Virus record (IMG/VR): IMGVR_UViG_3300020178_000002
Coordinates: 248,001-312,000 of that record
Reading direction: 5' to 3' (one strand)
Length of the DNA: 64,000 nt
The notes beneath the pieces are model-generated. The model ran no database searches. It was not told the origin of the DNA and saw nothing but the letters and a program-made list of their open reading frames with translations. Shown piece by piece: positions 19,346 through 30,339 of this stretch. The position numbers were made by a program, and so were the translations under genes. How positions within the stretch are numbered: the stretch's first letter is position 1; each line of letters starts with the position of its first letter.

Positions 19346-19752
19346 GAACCAAAGGTGCGGTTAAGCATAAGCTTAAGCAAGTTAAACATCGCCTATTACA
19401 AAAAGCTGTTCGAAACAACCTAAGTAAGAAGCCTTGCAACTGTACGCACTCTGGTTTAGTTAGAGGCTCTGCATCAGAACCTTTATTTCATGTATGCTTG
19501 TTAGACTCTGATAAGCCAAAGGAATGGGAAGGCACTGTATGTGACCCTTCTGTTCCTAACACTTGTCCTTTTTTCAAGCCTACTAGAACTAAGGAAGAAA
19601 TAGAGATAGAGTTTAACACTAATTTTGAAAAGCTAATATCAGAGAATGATATTGGCAAGATTGCATCTAAGTACCCAGATGTAGCAGCTTTATTGTGGGT
19701 TCTTTCAGAAGAACAAGAGGATAGTAGTGATGATAGAGATAGTGAGACTTAA
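19342..19752 (+). CDS. Hypothetical Cys-rich protein
   Basis: 136 aa; PCNCxH...C...C...CPFF. Confidence 0.55.
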   Translation: MRTKGAVKHKLKQVKHRLLQKAVRNNLSKKPCNCTHSGLVRGSASEPLFHVCLLDSDKPKEWEGTVCDPSVPNTCPFFKPTRTKEEIEIEFNTNFEKLISENDIGKIASKYPDVAALLWVLSEEQEDSSDDRDSET

Positions 19753-20161
19753 GTCAAAAGGGAAAACTCCTTTGTTTATGGAAGTTGATGTTCCCCCTAT
19801 GTGTAAGCCTTTGTTGGTTGGCAGTAGTAAAGATGGCCTTTTAAGATGGGCTGAAAGTCCTTCTAATAGAAACACCATCTTAACTTGGGGGCAGGAATCC
19901 TCTATCGAAGAAGTCCTCACAGAAATGGTTAAAATGACCTTAGAGAGAGGTTTGGAAGAAAATTGGGGTGTGCATCAAGTTGACGAGAAAAGTGCCTTAG
20001 GACGAATGTCAGGTGTCGGCATTGAAGATGTTATAGTTAAAGAGGGTTTGGTTTTTCCAAAAGACCCCTCAGTTTTAGGTTCTTTGATCATTATGGACAA
20101 CCGACTTTTCCCTGTTTTACACAATGTGAAAAGAGGAATCTGTGTCATCAAAGAACCTTAG
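19727..20161 (+). CDS. Hypothetical protein
   Basis: 144-aa ORF within the operon. Confidence 0.5.
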   Translation: MMIEIVRLKSKGKTPLFMEVDVPPMCKPLLVGSSKDGLLRWAESPSNRNTILTWGQESSIEEVLTEMVKMTLERGLEENWGVHQVDEKSALGRMSGVGIEDVIVKEGLVFPKDPSVLGSLIIMDNRLFPVLHNVKRGICVIKEP

Positions 20162-20567
20162 CTTTATTAAAGGTGGTCTAAGAGAAGTTCACATTGAGAA
20201 TTCCATTAGACTATATAATCAAGTTCTCTATCATACTAAGAAGTACCCTTTTAGGTCACTTGCTTATGTTTTCTTTAACTTAAACAAAGAGATAGATGGA
20301 GAGTTCTTTGAGATGTCTCACTATCAAGGTTTTCATGATATGTGTGGTCGTTCTTGGTCTATTCATGGGATAGACGTAGATCTATTCTTAGATCTTAATA
20401 CAGACGTAATATCTCTCAAGCTAACTAAGGACAGTTGCTCTTTTCGAGAAGATAGGTCTTTAAAAAAGTTTAGCTATGAAGAAGTTATTGGAATCTTCAT
20501 GCCTTACTATTTGTTAAAGATAAGAAGTCTCTGGATGACTTTTAATTGTCCAGACCCTTCTCGATAG
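20142..20567 (+). CDS. Hypothetical protein
   Basis: 141-aa ORF within the operon. Confidence 0.45.
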   Translation: MSSKNLSFIKGGLREVHIENSIRLYNQVLYHTKKYPFRSLAYVFFNLNKEIDGEFFEMSHYQGFHDMCGRSWSIHGIDVDLFLDLNTDVISLKLTKDSCSFREDRSLKKFSYEEVIGIFMPYYLLKIRSLWMTFNCPDPSR

Positions 20568-21474
20568 CAGCAACAACACCCTTGCTTTCAACTTTGATGA
20601 TCTCTTGAATCACTTCTGGTTGATCTCCATACATTTCGAGAGCAATCTTAGCTCTCTTTGACCAATGCTTTGAGGTGTCCCATTCAACACCACCTGGAAG
20701 TACTTTGATCTTAGAGTTATCTTTACCAAGAGCAATCGCACCTTGTGCAGACTCTACTCCACCATCAATGACTTGGAGGATTTGCTTGTTCTCAAGGTCT
20801 TGTTCTTCAGTAGGAGTCATCTCTGGTTCTTCTTGAGCCACATTAAGCTTTGCAGAAACATCATCTTGAAGTTCAACAACAGGTTGAGAAGCAGTTTTGC
20901 TCATTTCAGTCACAGGAGCTTCAAGATTGTCTAGTTTTGAGATCTCGGCACTTGCTTGACTTCCATCAGAGATGACAGTCTTTTGCTTAGAAGATGTAGA
21001 AAGCTTGATCGTAGAAACAGTGTCAGCATCTTGCATTTCTGCAACACCATTTGTGACCTCTGCACCAGACTTATTCTCTACCTTTGCAACAGCAATAATA
21101 TCATCGTCTTGGCTTTCAACCACTAATGGGAATCTCTTTGTTTTTTCTCCCTCTTTCTTAGGGTTTACTTCTGCAACAGACCTTTCCTCATCATACACGC
21201 TTTGGACAGGCATTTCTTTTTTAGGTGCTGGTGCTGGTGCTGGTGTGACAGGTTCGCTTACTGCTGATTCTTCTTGTACAATAGAAAGCCAACCACGTTT
21301 AACACCAGCTTTTAGTTCAGGCATTTCAGTGGTTTGTCCACTAAACTTAAGTTGGAGACCATCATATTCAACAACCTCACCCTCATAGATATTTCTTTCA
21401 AGTCTTCCAAGGTGGATGATTGTGTTTGCACGAAGTTTAGTAAATGTACCTCTTTTGAATGAGAACTCGCTCAT
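20542..21474 (-). CDS. Hypothetical protein (folded termini, acidic flexible middle)
   Basis: 310 aa with GGAGG RBS; PAPAPAP linker. Confidence 0.6.
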   Translation of the reverse strand: MSEFSFKRGTFTKLRANTIIHLGRLERNIYEGEVVEYDGLQLKFSGQTTEMPELKAGVKRGWLSIVQEESAVSEPVTPAPAPAPKKEMPVQSVYDEERSVAEVNPKKEGEKTKRFPLVVESQDDDIIAVAKVENKSGAEVTNGVAEMQDADTVSTIKLSTSSKQKTVISDGSQASAEISKLDNLEAPVTEMSKTASQPVVELQDDVSAKLNVAQEEPEMTPTEEQDLENKQILQVIDGGVESAQGAIALGKDNSKIKVLPGGVEWDTSKHWSKRAKIALEMYGDQPEVIQEIIKVESKGVVAAIEKGLDN

Positions 21475-21551
21475 ATTTCCTCCATAATGTCGGTATCTAA
21501 GTATTACCTTTTATTTATACCGACATAATAGAGAGATTATGAGTAGAAAAC

Positions 21552-22133
21552 TCAATTAGGTTGGAAAATCTCACTGGTTTGTAAAGAAACCGAACCCTGT
21601 GAAGGCCTTTGCCACTTTATAATCATCCCTTCTCCACCACTATATTCCTGTGATCTTGCAACCAAAGTATATCTCTCTCCTGCAACAACATCATAAGTAC
21701 CTGTGCCTGAACCTTGACCTGTTCCATGACCACCATAATAAGTTGTAATGCTAGTTCCCTCTATGTGTATATCCCCACCATCATCTGAATCGACAGAGAA
21801 TGTGTAAGTACCTGTTTCTTTAGGTACGAAAAGGAAAGTCACTTCAACAGAAAAGTAGTTGCCACTATTAGGTACAGTAGCACCTGCACCTGTTAGTGTA
21901 GTATACACATTCCAATTAAGAGATACACTTCCACTTAAGCTCCCAGACCAACTCAAGTTTGTGTTTGAATTATTTACATCAAATAGCTTATCAAACTCTG
22001 TGGTGTTTTCAGGGTGGTCAGCATACTGAGATGTGCTGCCATTTCCAGCATGTGTGCTGAAGATACGAACATTGGTCACATTGTTTGTTAAAGGAGTCCT
22101 TACTGCCACAACTCCATGTAATGATTTCATCAT
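21552..22133 (-). CDS. PA14-domain carbohydrate-binding protein (fibre tip candidate)
   Basis: FVPKETGTYTFSVDSDDG...HG...EYSGGEGMIIKWQRP. Confidence 0.8.
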   Translation of the reverse strand: MMKSLHGVVAVRTPLTNNVTNVRIFSTHAGNGSTSQYADHPENTTEFDKLFDVNNSNTNLSWSGSLSGSVSLNWNVYTTLTGAGATVPNSGNYFSVEVTFLFVPKETGTYTFSVDSDDGGDIHIEGTSITTYYGGHGTGQGSGTGTYDVVAGERYTLVARSQEYSGGEGMIIKWQRPSQGSVSLQTSEIFQPN

Positions 22134-22144
22134 CTTTCTTCTCC

Positions 22145-22870
22145 TTAAACTAGAACAACATTATCAGTGGGTGAGCTATAATTTTGAGCAATCTGTGAAG
22201 CACTTAGCTCAACATCATAAACCCTCATTATTCCAAATCTACCATCAAAGTTTGTTCCATCTCCTTGGTTGGTTGCGTCTTGATACCCAAAGTTGTAATA
22301 AAAGTCACCTGTAGACTCTTCTGGTGAATCCCAAGCAACATTAACAGAACCAGAGAACTCGCCATCTAGGTAGCCTTTCACAGTTGTTCCATTATAGGTC
22401 AAGACCACTTGATGCCATTCATTAAATGAGATGTTGTCTGTAGCACCCGTAGAAGTAATCCCTGCCCCATTCCATAAGCCAAACTCAAGACTCCCATTGA
22501 CTATTTCTATTGAAGTGTGATGGTAGCTTATATCTGGTGTTGCTTGGGCATTGGCCTGCATAACAACACCATTATTTGTAGGGTATATCCATAACTCTGT
22601 TGAATGGATTTCTGTTAAAGAAGAGTTTAAATTTGCTGTAGTGATATAGTCATTTACAAAAGTGAAATAGCTACCACTAAAAGCTGGTGAGCCTGTAATA
22701 CTTCCATCTAGGCCATTACCAGAGATGTCTGTAATAACAGCACCATCACCATCTTGATAAGAAGATGTTTTAAAGGTGTTATAGTGAATGACCAAGTTGT
22801 CTGTCACTATCCCCCTAAAACTGCCTCTAGCTGAAACCACTACTCCATGAAATGTTTTCATCATATTCAT
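22145..22870 (-). CDS. LamG/concanavalin-A-like domain protein (fibre tip candidate)
   Basis: DISGNG, STELWIYP, NEWHQVVLTYNG..KGYLDG and FDGRFG..RVYDVELSASQIAQNY. Confidence 0.85.
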   Translation of the reverse strand: MNMMKTFHGVVVSARGSFRGIVTDNLVIHYNTFKTSSYQDGDGAVITDISGNGLDGSITGSPAFSGSYFTFVNDYITTANLNSSLTEIHSTELWIYPTNNGVVMQANAQATPDISYHHTSIEIVNGSLEFGLWNGAGITSTGATDNISFNEWHQVVLTYNGTTVKGYLDGEFSGSVNVAWDSPEESTGDFYYNFGYQDATNQGDGTNFDGRFGIMRVYDVELSASQIAQNYSSPTDNVVLV

Positions 22871-22898
22871 TCTCCTTAGTGGCTTTAGCTTATTGGCA

Positions 22899-23234
22899 TT
22901 AGACTCCTGTCAAATCTCCAAATAAATACCACTCGTCACTTGCTATCTTTACTAGGGTTGCTGCCCCATATTGTGTAGATATATAACGATTACCACTTAC
23001 AGAATTAATGGTAACACCAACTGCATTGCCAATGTTAAGTGTACCTGTGCCTTTACGGACTACAATAATCTGTGTTCCGATAGGGAAAGGAATATTGGCA
23101 TTTGTATCAACTAAAACACTTTTGGCAGTAGCACTGTTCATTTCAACCAAACCACCACCATCAGAAATGGCAAGGGTGTGGTTGTCAGTTACGCTGACTA
23201 TGTGGACTCTCTCTTTTTCAACTAAGTAGCTCAT
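22899..23234 (-). CDS. Small fibre adaptor/accessory protein
   Basis: FPIGTQIIVVRKGTG...GVTINS...QYGAATLVKIASDEWYLFGDL, a common phage fibre-terminal domain encoded here as a separate gene. Confidence 0.65.
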   Translation of the reverse strand: MSYLVEKERVHIVSVTDNHTLAISDGGGLVEMNSATAKSVLVDTNANIPFPIGTQIIVVRKGTGTLNIGNAVGVTINSVSGNRYISTQYGAATLVKIASDEWYLFGDLTGV

Positions 23235-23248
23235 TCAAAATCCCTTTC

Positions 23249-26200
23249 TTAGACTACATACCAAGCTGTTCCAAAAGCCATAAGAGTCAGAGAAGCACCT
23301 TGAACAACGTCTTTAGTAGCAGCACCATCTACTTCTTGACCACCACTACCATCAACAGTCAAGGTATTAGTGCCTGTGTTGAAAATCTGAAGCACATAAC
23401 CATCATACCCTGCTGTGAGGTCAAAGAGATTGACAGTGCCTGCTGTACCCCCATTGCTCAGGAAGTAAGCATGTTTATTTTCAACTGCGTCTGGAGCAGA
23501 GATGCTTACAGCATTAGTTGCAAAAGCAGGACTAGCACACTCGTAACGAGAACCTTCAGAAGCCTTAACAGTTACAACAGAATACTTACTACCAGCTCTG
23601 TCTACCTCAACCTCTCCCTCAAAAGTTGCCTTTTGAGCAGAGTCGATAGTAAGAGCAGTTGTTCCAGAGTTTAATGTGCTTCCAGAAGCTCCTGCTGAAG
23701 TAGTTTCAAATACAATCGAGCCACCATTTTCATTACCTGTGCTCGCACCTCCAGAGACAGTAAGACTTGAACCTGCACTATCAGCACCTGTTGCCCTACC
23801 ACCTCTTACTTTACTTAAGTCAAGTAATGCAAGCTCTGCATCTGTTCCTGGAACAGATGAGTCAGAACCATTAGAGTTAAGGGTTGTGTTGTCAGAGAAT
23901 AGTACAAATCTTTCAGCTTCGTCTGGTTGGAAAACTAAACCACCGAATCTGATTGCCAAACTATCATTACGATATTGGAAGTAGTGACCTGTATCTGCTT
24001 GGCTAGCTTGACCGCTACCTAAGAAAATCAATGGGTCTGTCATTCTAACAGTAGCACCTAAAGAGGTGATTGAGTTTACATTCAAGTCACCTGTGATTGT
24101 GACTGTATTAGGCAACCCTACTGTCACAGTACCATTACTGTTTGTAACAGAAATCTGGTTTGAAGTACCTTCAATTGTAAGTGCATTGTTTGTCTTCTGA
24201 TTGAAGTCGTATGTACTCCCTCCACCAGAATCCGTTGTTAGACTGAATAATGTATCATCTTCATGGATAATGACTTTACCAGCACCACCATCATTAGATA
24301 GCAACCAGCGATTAACACCCTCATCCCACTGAATAAATGTATTTGAGTCTGTTCCTCTGTCAACATAAATGAAAGCGTCTACATCTGCTGCTGCATTTGC
24401 CACACCCTCATTTAATGTTAAAGTTTTTGTCGTTGCGATAGTGACATTTTCATTAAAGGTTGCAACACCATCTACTTGTAAAGTACTCTCAAGAGTAGTT
24501 GCACCATTAGCTGTTAATGTGCCACCACCTGTTGTAGAAATATTTCCTGTTGTAGTGAGAGCATCGCTTCCAAAGTCAATTCCAGAGTTATCTCCTGTTG
24601 TGATAGAACCTGCTGCAAGAACCACCTTCGCTGCTTGGTCACTGTCTGCAATAATACTTCCTTCAGCTTGGACATTTCCAGCACCATTGAACTGCCAAAC
24701 ATTAGAACCCTCATCCCAATAGAAGATAGCGTCTGTGCCAGCAGTTGGTCTTGAAACAGTGATTCCAAAGTCATGTGCGTCAAGCTCTGCTGTATTATCA
24801 GAGTTGAACAGGATTGCACCTTGACTTGGGGTGTCAATCTCAATAACACCTGTCGAGGTTTTAATGTTCCCTGTTGCTGTGACAGTAGACAATGTGCTTA
24901 CAGCACCTGTCGTAGCAACTGTGAAGTTAGGGGCTGCTGTAATTGTTCCACCAACAGTGACCTGAGTCTCTGAATGTAGCTTTCCACCCTTAACAACAAA
25001 TGAATCTTCTGAGTCATCCCAATCAAGTTGGACATTTGCAGTAGTGTCATTGACCTTGAAGATTGAAACATCAGCGTCTGCTGTGTCCGAGTTAACAAGA
25101 ATCGCAACATTGTTTGTAGGTGCTGTCTTGATGTTTAAAGTATCATCAAGAGTAGACTGTCCTGTAACAGAAAGGGTAGTTCCTACATCAAGAGTAGTTC
25201 CCACAGTTAAATCAGCAGTTGTAGAGGTGCTTTGGTTCAATGTTGTTGTTAGAGCTGTAGTGTCGATAGTGAGGTAAGACTCACCTGCATTACCTTGCTT
25301 GATAACCAAAGCAGAGGCTTGAGTATCAGCAAGTTGTACTACAACCCCATCACCATCATTGTCAGAAAGAGTATTGATTGCAATGTCAGTAACATTTGAG
25401 ATTGCACTCTCTCCCATATCAATGCCTGCAACAGTGAGTGAAGAAGAAAGAGTCAAAGCACCTGCTGTTGTAAGAACAGCCGTTGTAGTTCCTGCTGAAG
25501 TTGTGTCTCCAACAGTAAGTGCATTACCACCTGCTTTACCTTGTAGGTGCAATCCAGATTGTGCGTTTACATTGAACTCGTTATTTGTCTCATCCCAAGA
25601 GATGATTGCATTTGTTAAAGTTCCTCTTTCAATAGTAATAAGAACAGCATCGTCTTCTTCTGCAGCACCCGTTAGGTCTGAGTTGAAGAGTATACCATTT
25701 GTATTTGTAGACTCTATCTTAAGGTCTGCTTTTAATGTTGAGATGCCATTCACACTAAGAGTAGAAGAAAGAGAAGTAGGTTGTACAAGAGTGATTAACT
25801 CAGACCCCTCTCTTGTATCAAAGGTCATGTAAGAGTCTGCGTTTCCATCAGTACTCAAATCTTTAATCTCAAGAGCATTTTCAATGTTATCTACAAGATT
25901 AATCTTGAAGCTACCTGTTGCAGCAGAAGAAGCTCTTAAGTCGTCTGTCTTAAGTTGACCTGTAACAGTAGTAATACTACTTGTGGTGTCTACATTAAGA
26001 ACATCAGTACCATTAGCTTTCTCTACCACAAAAGCAGAAGCAGAACCTGTTGTAACATTTAAAGTGTTGAGGATAGAGGTAGCACCTGCATTACTTACAC
26101 TAAATACATCAGCACCTACATTGATACCTGCATCTGGCTCGAACAAGGCACTTGTAATAGTGACCTTTGGAGTGTTGGTGTCAATGTTAAAGATTTCTGC

Positions 26201-29200
26201 ATTAGCTCCTGTTTCAACTTTGAAAGCTGTTGCAGAAGTCTTTGTTACCAGAACCTCGCCTGTTGTAGCTAAGTTATAGTTAGCACCATCAACAGTGAAC
26301 TTGTCAGTATCAACTGCAATTCCACCATTAGCGTTAACAATCCCTGCTGAAGTAATTGTGCTAGTTGTGGTTAGAGTACCAATCTTCAAGTCACCCCAAG
26401 TATCAGGATCACCAAAGTCTGTTTCTGTAGAAGCAACAGTAGTTGTACCCATCTTAAATGTGTCATCACCCTCATCGAAGAAGAAGATACCATCTTCTAC
26501 AGCATCTCCCAGACCATCAACACCACGCTCAAAGAAAAGACCAATGTCTCTACTGTTTTGAGCATTAGCAATACCTTGGTTAAGTCGGATTACAGAATCT
26601 GTCACATCAAGGTCTGTCGAGTTAATGGTTGTTAAAGTTCCATTGACAGTCATGTTAGTGCAGGTAATAGACCCTGTTGTTGTAAGATTCTCGTCATTGA
26701 AGTTGATAGTACCTGTAGCAGAAGTCAAAGACCCATTGTTAAAGGTAAAGTCAGCAATCTGAGAACCAACAGCAGTTGCTGTGATAGCACCTGTAACTCC
26801 AAGAGTACCACCTACAGAGGTGTTCCCATTAGAAGCATCTACTGTAAATTGGTCAGCACCGATGGTTAGGTTGCCAGCAGAGTTTAGAGCATTAGAGATC
26901 AACCATTCATCTTCACTCTCATCCCATTGGATATAAGAGTTTGTTAAAGCACCTCTTTCTACTTCAATTTTAGCATCTCTTTCTGCACCATTTCCTGTAG
27001 CGTCAGAGTTTAGAAGTATAATAGCGTTCTGAGCGTCAGCGTTCTGAGCTAGATCATCAGATCTAACATTCAAAGCACCTGCAAGAGTAGTTACACCATT
27101 AACATGGAACTGAGTAGCTGGAGCACTCTCATTGATACCTACCCTGTCAGTTGTTCCATTTGTAAACAATAGGTGGGTTTGATTGTCACCCTCAACTCTA
27201 AAGTCGAAAGCATTACCATCTTCATTAACAACAATGTTTCCACCATTAAGCCCGATAGCACCATTTGTGAAACTTGCTGTTCCTGAAAAAGTAATATTCT
27301 TGCTTACAGTGATTAACTCAGAACCATCTGTGGTATCTACTTTAAGATAGCTGGTAGCTCCCTCTTTAATCTCAAAAGAACCAGCAACATTGTCATCCAT
27401 AACAACGACAACTGTATTTCCAACACTTGAAATAGTTCCTAGAGAAATCTCTCCTACATTAGTAATGTTGCCATTACTAGCATTTAAAGAGGTAACAGTC
27501 GCATCACCAGCTCCTAGAGTACCTGTTGTAGACAGGTTATTGTCGTTGAAAGATAGGTTGTTATTAACATTTGTGGTCTGGATTTGACCATTTGTTATTT
27601 CAATATCTCCAACAGTAGATCCAGAGGCTAAGGTACTTTGACCTGTGACAGAAAGAGTACCATCAATAGAAGTATTTCCTGTTCCATCAGCAACAACGAA
27701 CTTATCAGTGTCTACTACAATACCACCATTAGCTGTTAATGTGCTGTCTACTATAAGAGTACCACCTATAGAAGTGTTGCCTGTTGTATCGGCAACAGTA
27801 AAGTTATCGGCAGTAATACCACCATTAGCTGTAAAACTACCATCCACAGTGAGAGCAGCGTCAGCATTTAATGTGTTTGAGAAGTTAGCTATGTTTGAGA
27901 AAGTTGTTTCTTGAGCTACAGTGATTAACTCGGCAGTGTTTGTAGTATCTACTTTAATATAGCTGGTAGCTCCCTCTTTAATCTCAAAAGCCCCAGCAAT
28001 ATTGTCATCCATAGCAACGACAACTGTAGTTCCTGCACTTGAAATAGTGCCGAGAGAAATCTCTCCCACGCTAGTAATGTTTCCACTACTAGCATTTAAA
28101 GAGGTAACAGTGGTAGCACCTGCACCCAGAGTTCCTGTTGTAGTAAGATCCTCATTTCCAAAGTCGATAGTACCTGTATCAGAAGTCAAAGAACCATTAT
28201 TAAAAGTAAAGTCAGCAATCTGAGAACCAACAGCAGTTGCTGTAATAGTGCTGGTCACAGTAAGAGTGCCACCTATAGAGGTATTTCCTGTTCCATCAGC
28301 AACAGAGAAGTTTTCTGCTGTGAGACCACCTGTTAGGGTAAGTAAGCCAGAGACAGTTGCTGTATTTAAGGAAGCATCTCCTGTTGAGGTAATGTTTAAT
28401 GAAGTCCAGTTGCCTGTTGTAGACACATTTTCATTACCGAAGTCAATACCAGCACCATCCGTAAAAGCTTCAATAGTAGTGCCTGTAAAAGTAAGACCTG
28501 CAAGTTGGTGACCATTGCTGTCTGTTGTGATAACACCAGCATTAGAGACAGTGAAGTTTGAAGCCCCATCTACAGCACCTTGAGAGATAGCACCTACAAT
28601 GTTAAGTCCATCACTTACAGAGAAGTATGCTGAAGACTCATCCCAAGAGAGGGTTGCATAAGTGATACCTCTATCTACACGGATAAGTGTTTCATCTTCA
28701 GCATTAGCCTCATCATGTCTAAAGGTAATGCCATTAGCTGAAGAATTACTAATGTTAATGTTCCTAGTGACAATCAAATCTTGTCCCACAGTAAGATCTG
28801 TTGCTGTAGAAGCATTGTGACTCAAAGCCCATGTGCTAGTTCCATTATTCCATTGCATGGTTGCATAGGTTGGTCCATTTGAGAGGGCGACAGCAATTGA
28901 AGCATTTGCTGGAGTATTATCTGTTACTACATCAGAGTTCAGGATAATGCTGTGGTCAGCATCTTTTTCAACGAGTACAGAACCTTGAGCAGTTATATCA
29001 CCTGTCAAAGTAGATGTGCTTCCAATGGTTAAAGTACCTGTTGTAGACAAGTTGTTATCATTGAAAGATAGGTTGTTATTAACATTTGTGGTCTGGATTT
29101 GCCCATCTGTTATTTCAATGTCACCAACAGTAGAGCCAGAAGCTAGTGTGCTTTGACCTGTGACAGAAAGAGTGCCATCAATAGAAGTGTTGCCTGTGCC

Positions 29201-30283
29201 ATCTCCTGCAACAGTGAACTTATCAGTGTCTACTGCAATACCTTCATTAGCATTTAACAAGCCTGAAAGTGTTGTGACCCCTGTGACACCAAGAGTTGTC
29301 GTAACGCTAATAGCACCTGTAGTTTCTAGGGATTTTAGCTTGAGGTCAGAGTAGTCTGTCGGGTTGAAGTCAGTATCCCCACCTGTACTACCATTCGGGG
29401 CTTGTGCTAGCTTAAAAATCTGATCTGTATTATCAAAGATAAATACCTGATCACCTTGAGCACCTGGGTTAGTGAAGAACAATCCGACATCACTTGCCAC
29501 ATCACCATTATTTAAGATCATCACAGGGTCTTCTACTGTGAGCTGGTCGGTGTTAATGGTTGTTAAAGTACCACTGACAGTTAAGTTTCCAGATACATTA
29601 AGATCGTTAGAGACAGTCAAGTCGTTTGCAATGGTGACATCATTAGGTAAGCCAACAGTGACAACAGTGCCATTGGTGTTGTTTCCATCATTGGTGACAG
29701 CTATTGTTGTCTCATTTGGAGTAGCAGTTAATGTTAAAGTCTGACCGAGAGGTAGGTTGTCAGTATTAGTGCCATCAGAAATTGTGATGGTACTGTTAGC
29801 CAATTTAGCATTCGTGACTTGACCCTCTTGGATGTTTACTGTTTGGATCGCATCTGTAGTGAGTGTAGCTACACCCAATGCGTCCACTTCTATATCACCA
29901 CTGAAAGTAATATTTTCCCATCTACCATCATTATCGTTGTCATAGATTAGGAATTGGGCTTCTCCAAGATTTGTTAATGTCACATCTGATAACCCTCCGA
30001 CAGTGATTCCACCACCAGAGTCAACGTATGCTTTGGTTGCGACATCCTGATTGTTTACAGGATCTGCAACATTTATCAATTTTTGACCATTGAAGTCGAC
30101 ATCTGCATTAGGTGAGATGTTTGAAAGCGTAGGGTGTGCAGTAGCAGTACCACCTTGTGTGCTTCCATCATGAACTCGAATGGTATTTAGTGTTGTATCA
30201 ACTGTTATCTCACCGACTGCTCCTGTGAACGAATTGTTCTCGGCAGTAGTTCCTCTTCTTAGTTGGACTCTACGGACTGACAT
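23249..30283 (-). CDS. Long tail/head fibre protein (2344 aa) with Mtd-type N-terminal domain
   Basis: VQLRRGTTAENNSFTGAVGEITVDTT...HDGSTQGG N-terminus; DVATKAYVD; T/G/N-rich beta repeats; internal duplications. Confidence 0.8.
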   Translation of the reverse strand: MSVRRVQLRRGTTAENNSFTGAVGEITVDTTLNTIRVHDGSTQGGTATAHPTLSNISPNADVDFNGQKLINVADPVNNQDVATKAYVDSGGGITVGGLSDVTLTNLGEAQFLIYDNDNDGRWENITFSGDIEVDALGVATLTTDAIQTVNIQEGQVTNAKLANSTITISDGTNTDNLPLGQTLTLTATPNETTIAVTNDGNNTNGTVVTVGLPNDVTIANDLTVSNDLNVSGNLTVSGTLTTINTDQLTVEDPVMILNNGDVASDVGLFFTNPGAQGDQVFIFDNTDQIFKLAQAPNGSTGGDTDFNPTDYSDLKLKSLETTGAISVTTTLGVTGVTTLSGLLNANEGIAVDTDKFTVAGDGTGNTSIDGTLSVTGQSTLASGSTVGDIEITDGQIQTTNVNNNLSFNDNNLSTTGTLTIGSTSTLTGDITAQGSVLVEKDADHSIILNSDVVTDNTPANASIAVALSNGPTYATMQWNNGTSTWALSHNASTATDLTVGQDLIVTRNINISNSSANGITFRHDEANAEDETLIRVDRGITYATLSWDESSAYFSVSDGLNIVGAISQGAVDGASNFTVSNAGVITTDSNGHQLAGLTFTGTTIEAFTDGAGIDFGNENVSTTGNWTSLNITSTGDASLNTATVSGLLTLTGGLTAENFSVADGTGNTSIGGTLTVTSTITATAVGSQIADFTFNNGSLTSDTGTIDFGNEDLTTTGTLGAGATTVTSLNASSGNITSVGEISLGTISSAGTTVVVAMDDNIAGAFEIKEGATSYIKVDTTNTAELITVAQETTFSNIANFSNTLNADAALTVDGSFTANGGITADNFTVADTTGNTSIGGTLIVDSTLTANGGIVVDTDKFVVADGTGNTSIDGTLSVTGQSTLASGSTVGDIEITNGQIQTTNVNNNLSFNDNNLSTTGTLGAGDATVTSLNASNGNITNVGEISLGTISSVGNTVVVVMDDNVAGSFEIKEGATSYLKVDTTDGSELITVSKNITFSGTASFTNGAIGLNGGNIVVNEDGNAFDFRVEGDNQTHLLFTNGTTDRVGINESAPATQFHVNGVTTLAGALNVRSDDLAQNADAQNAIILLNSDATGNGAERDAKIEVERGALTNSYIQWDESEDEWLISNALNSAGNLTIGADQFTVDASNGNTSVGGTLGVTGAITATAVGSQIADFTFNNGSLTSATGTINFNDENLTTTGSITCTNMTVNGTLTTINSTDLDVTDSVIRLNQGIANAQNSRDIGLFFERGVDGLGDAVEDGIFFFDEGDDTFKMGTTTVASTETDFGDPDTWGDLKIGTLTTTSTITSAGIVNANGGIAVDTDKFTVDGANYNLATTGEVLVTKTSATAFKVETGANAEIFNIDTNTPKVTITSALFEPDAGINVGADVFSVSNAGATSILNTLNVTTGSASAFVVEKANGTDVLNVDTTSSITTVTGQLKTDDLRASSAATGSFKINLVDNIENALEIKDLSTDGNADSYMTFDTREGSELITLVQPTSLSSTLSVNGISTLKADLKIESTNTNGILFNSDLTGAAEEDDAVLITIERGTLTNAIISWDETNNEFNVNAQSGLHLQGKAGGNALTVGDTTSAGTTTAVLTTAGALTLSSSLTVAGIDMGESAISNVTDIAINTLSDNDGDGVVVQLADTQASALVIKQGNAGESYLTIDTTALTTTLNQSTSTTADLTVGTTLDVGTTLSVTGQSTLDDTLNIKTAPTNNVAILVNSDTADADVSIFKVNDTTANVQLDWDDSEDSFVVKGGKLHSETQVTVGGTITAAPNFTVATTGAVSTLSTVTATGNIKTSTGVIEIDTPSQGAILFNSDNTAELDAHDFGITVSRPTAGTDAIFYWDEGSNVWQFNGAGNVQAEGSIIADSDQAAKVVLAAGSITTGDNSGIDFGSDALTTTGNISTTGGGTLTANGATTLESTLQVDGVATFNENVTIATTKTLTLNEGVANAAADVDAFIYVDRGTDSNTFIQWDEGVNRWLLSNDGGAGKVIIHEDDTLFSLTTDSGGGSTYDFNQKTNNALTIEGTSNQISVTNSNGTVTVGLPNTVTITGDLNVNSITSLGATVRMTDPLIFLGSGQASQADTGHYFQYRNDSLAIRFGGLVFQPDEAERFVLFSDNTTLNSNGSDSSVPGTDAELALLDLSKVRGGRATGADSAGSSLTVSGGASTGNENGGSIVFETTSAGASGSTLNSGTTALTIDSAQKATFEGEVEVDRAGSKYSVVTVKASEGSRYECASPAFATNAVSISAPDAVENKHAYFLSNGGTAGTVNLFDLTAGYDGYVLQIFNTGTNTLTVDGSGGQEVDGAATKDVVQGASLTLMAFGTAWYVV

Positions 30284-30339
30284 AGATTACTCCTTAAAAA
30301 ATGACTCTAATTTAATAAACGTGTTCTATATAAACACTA

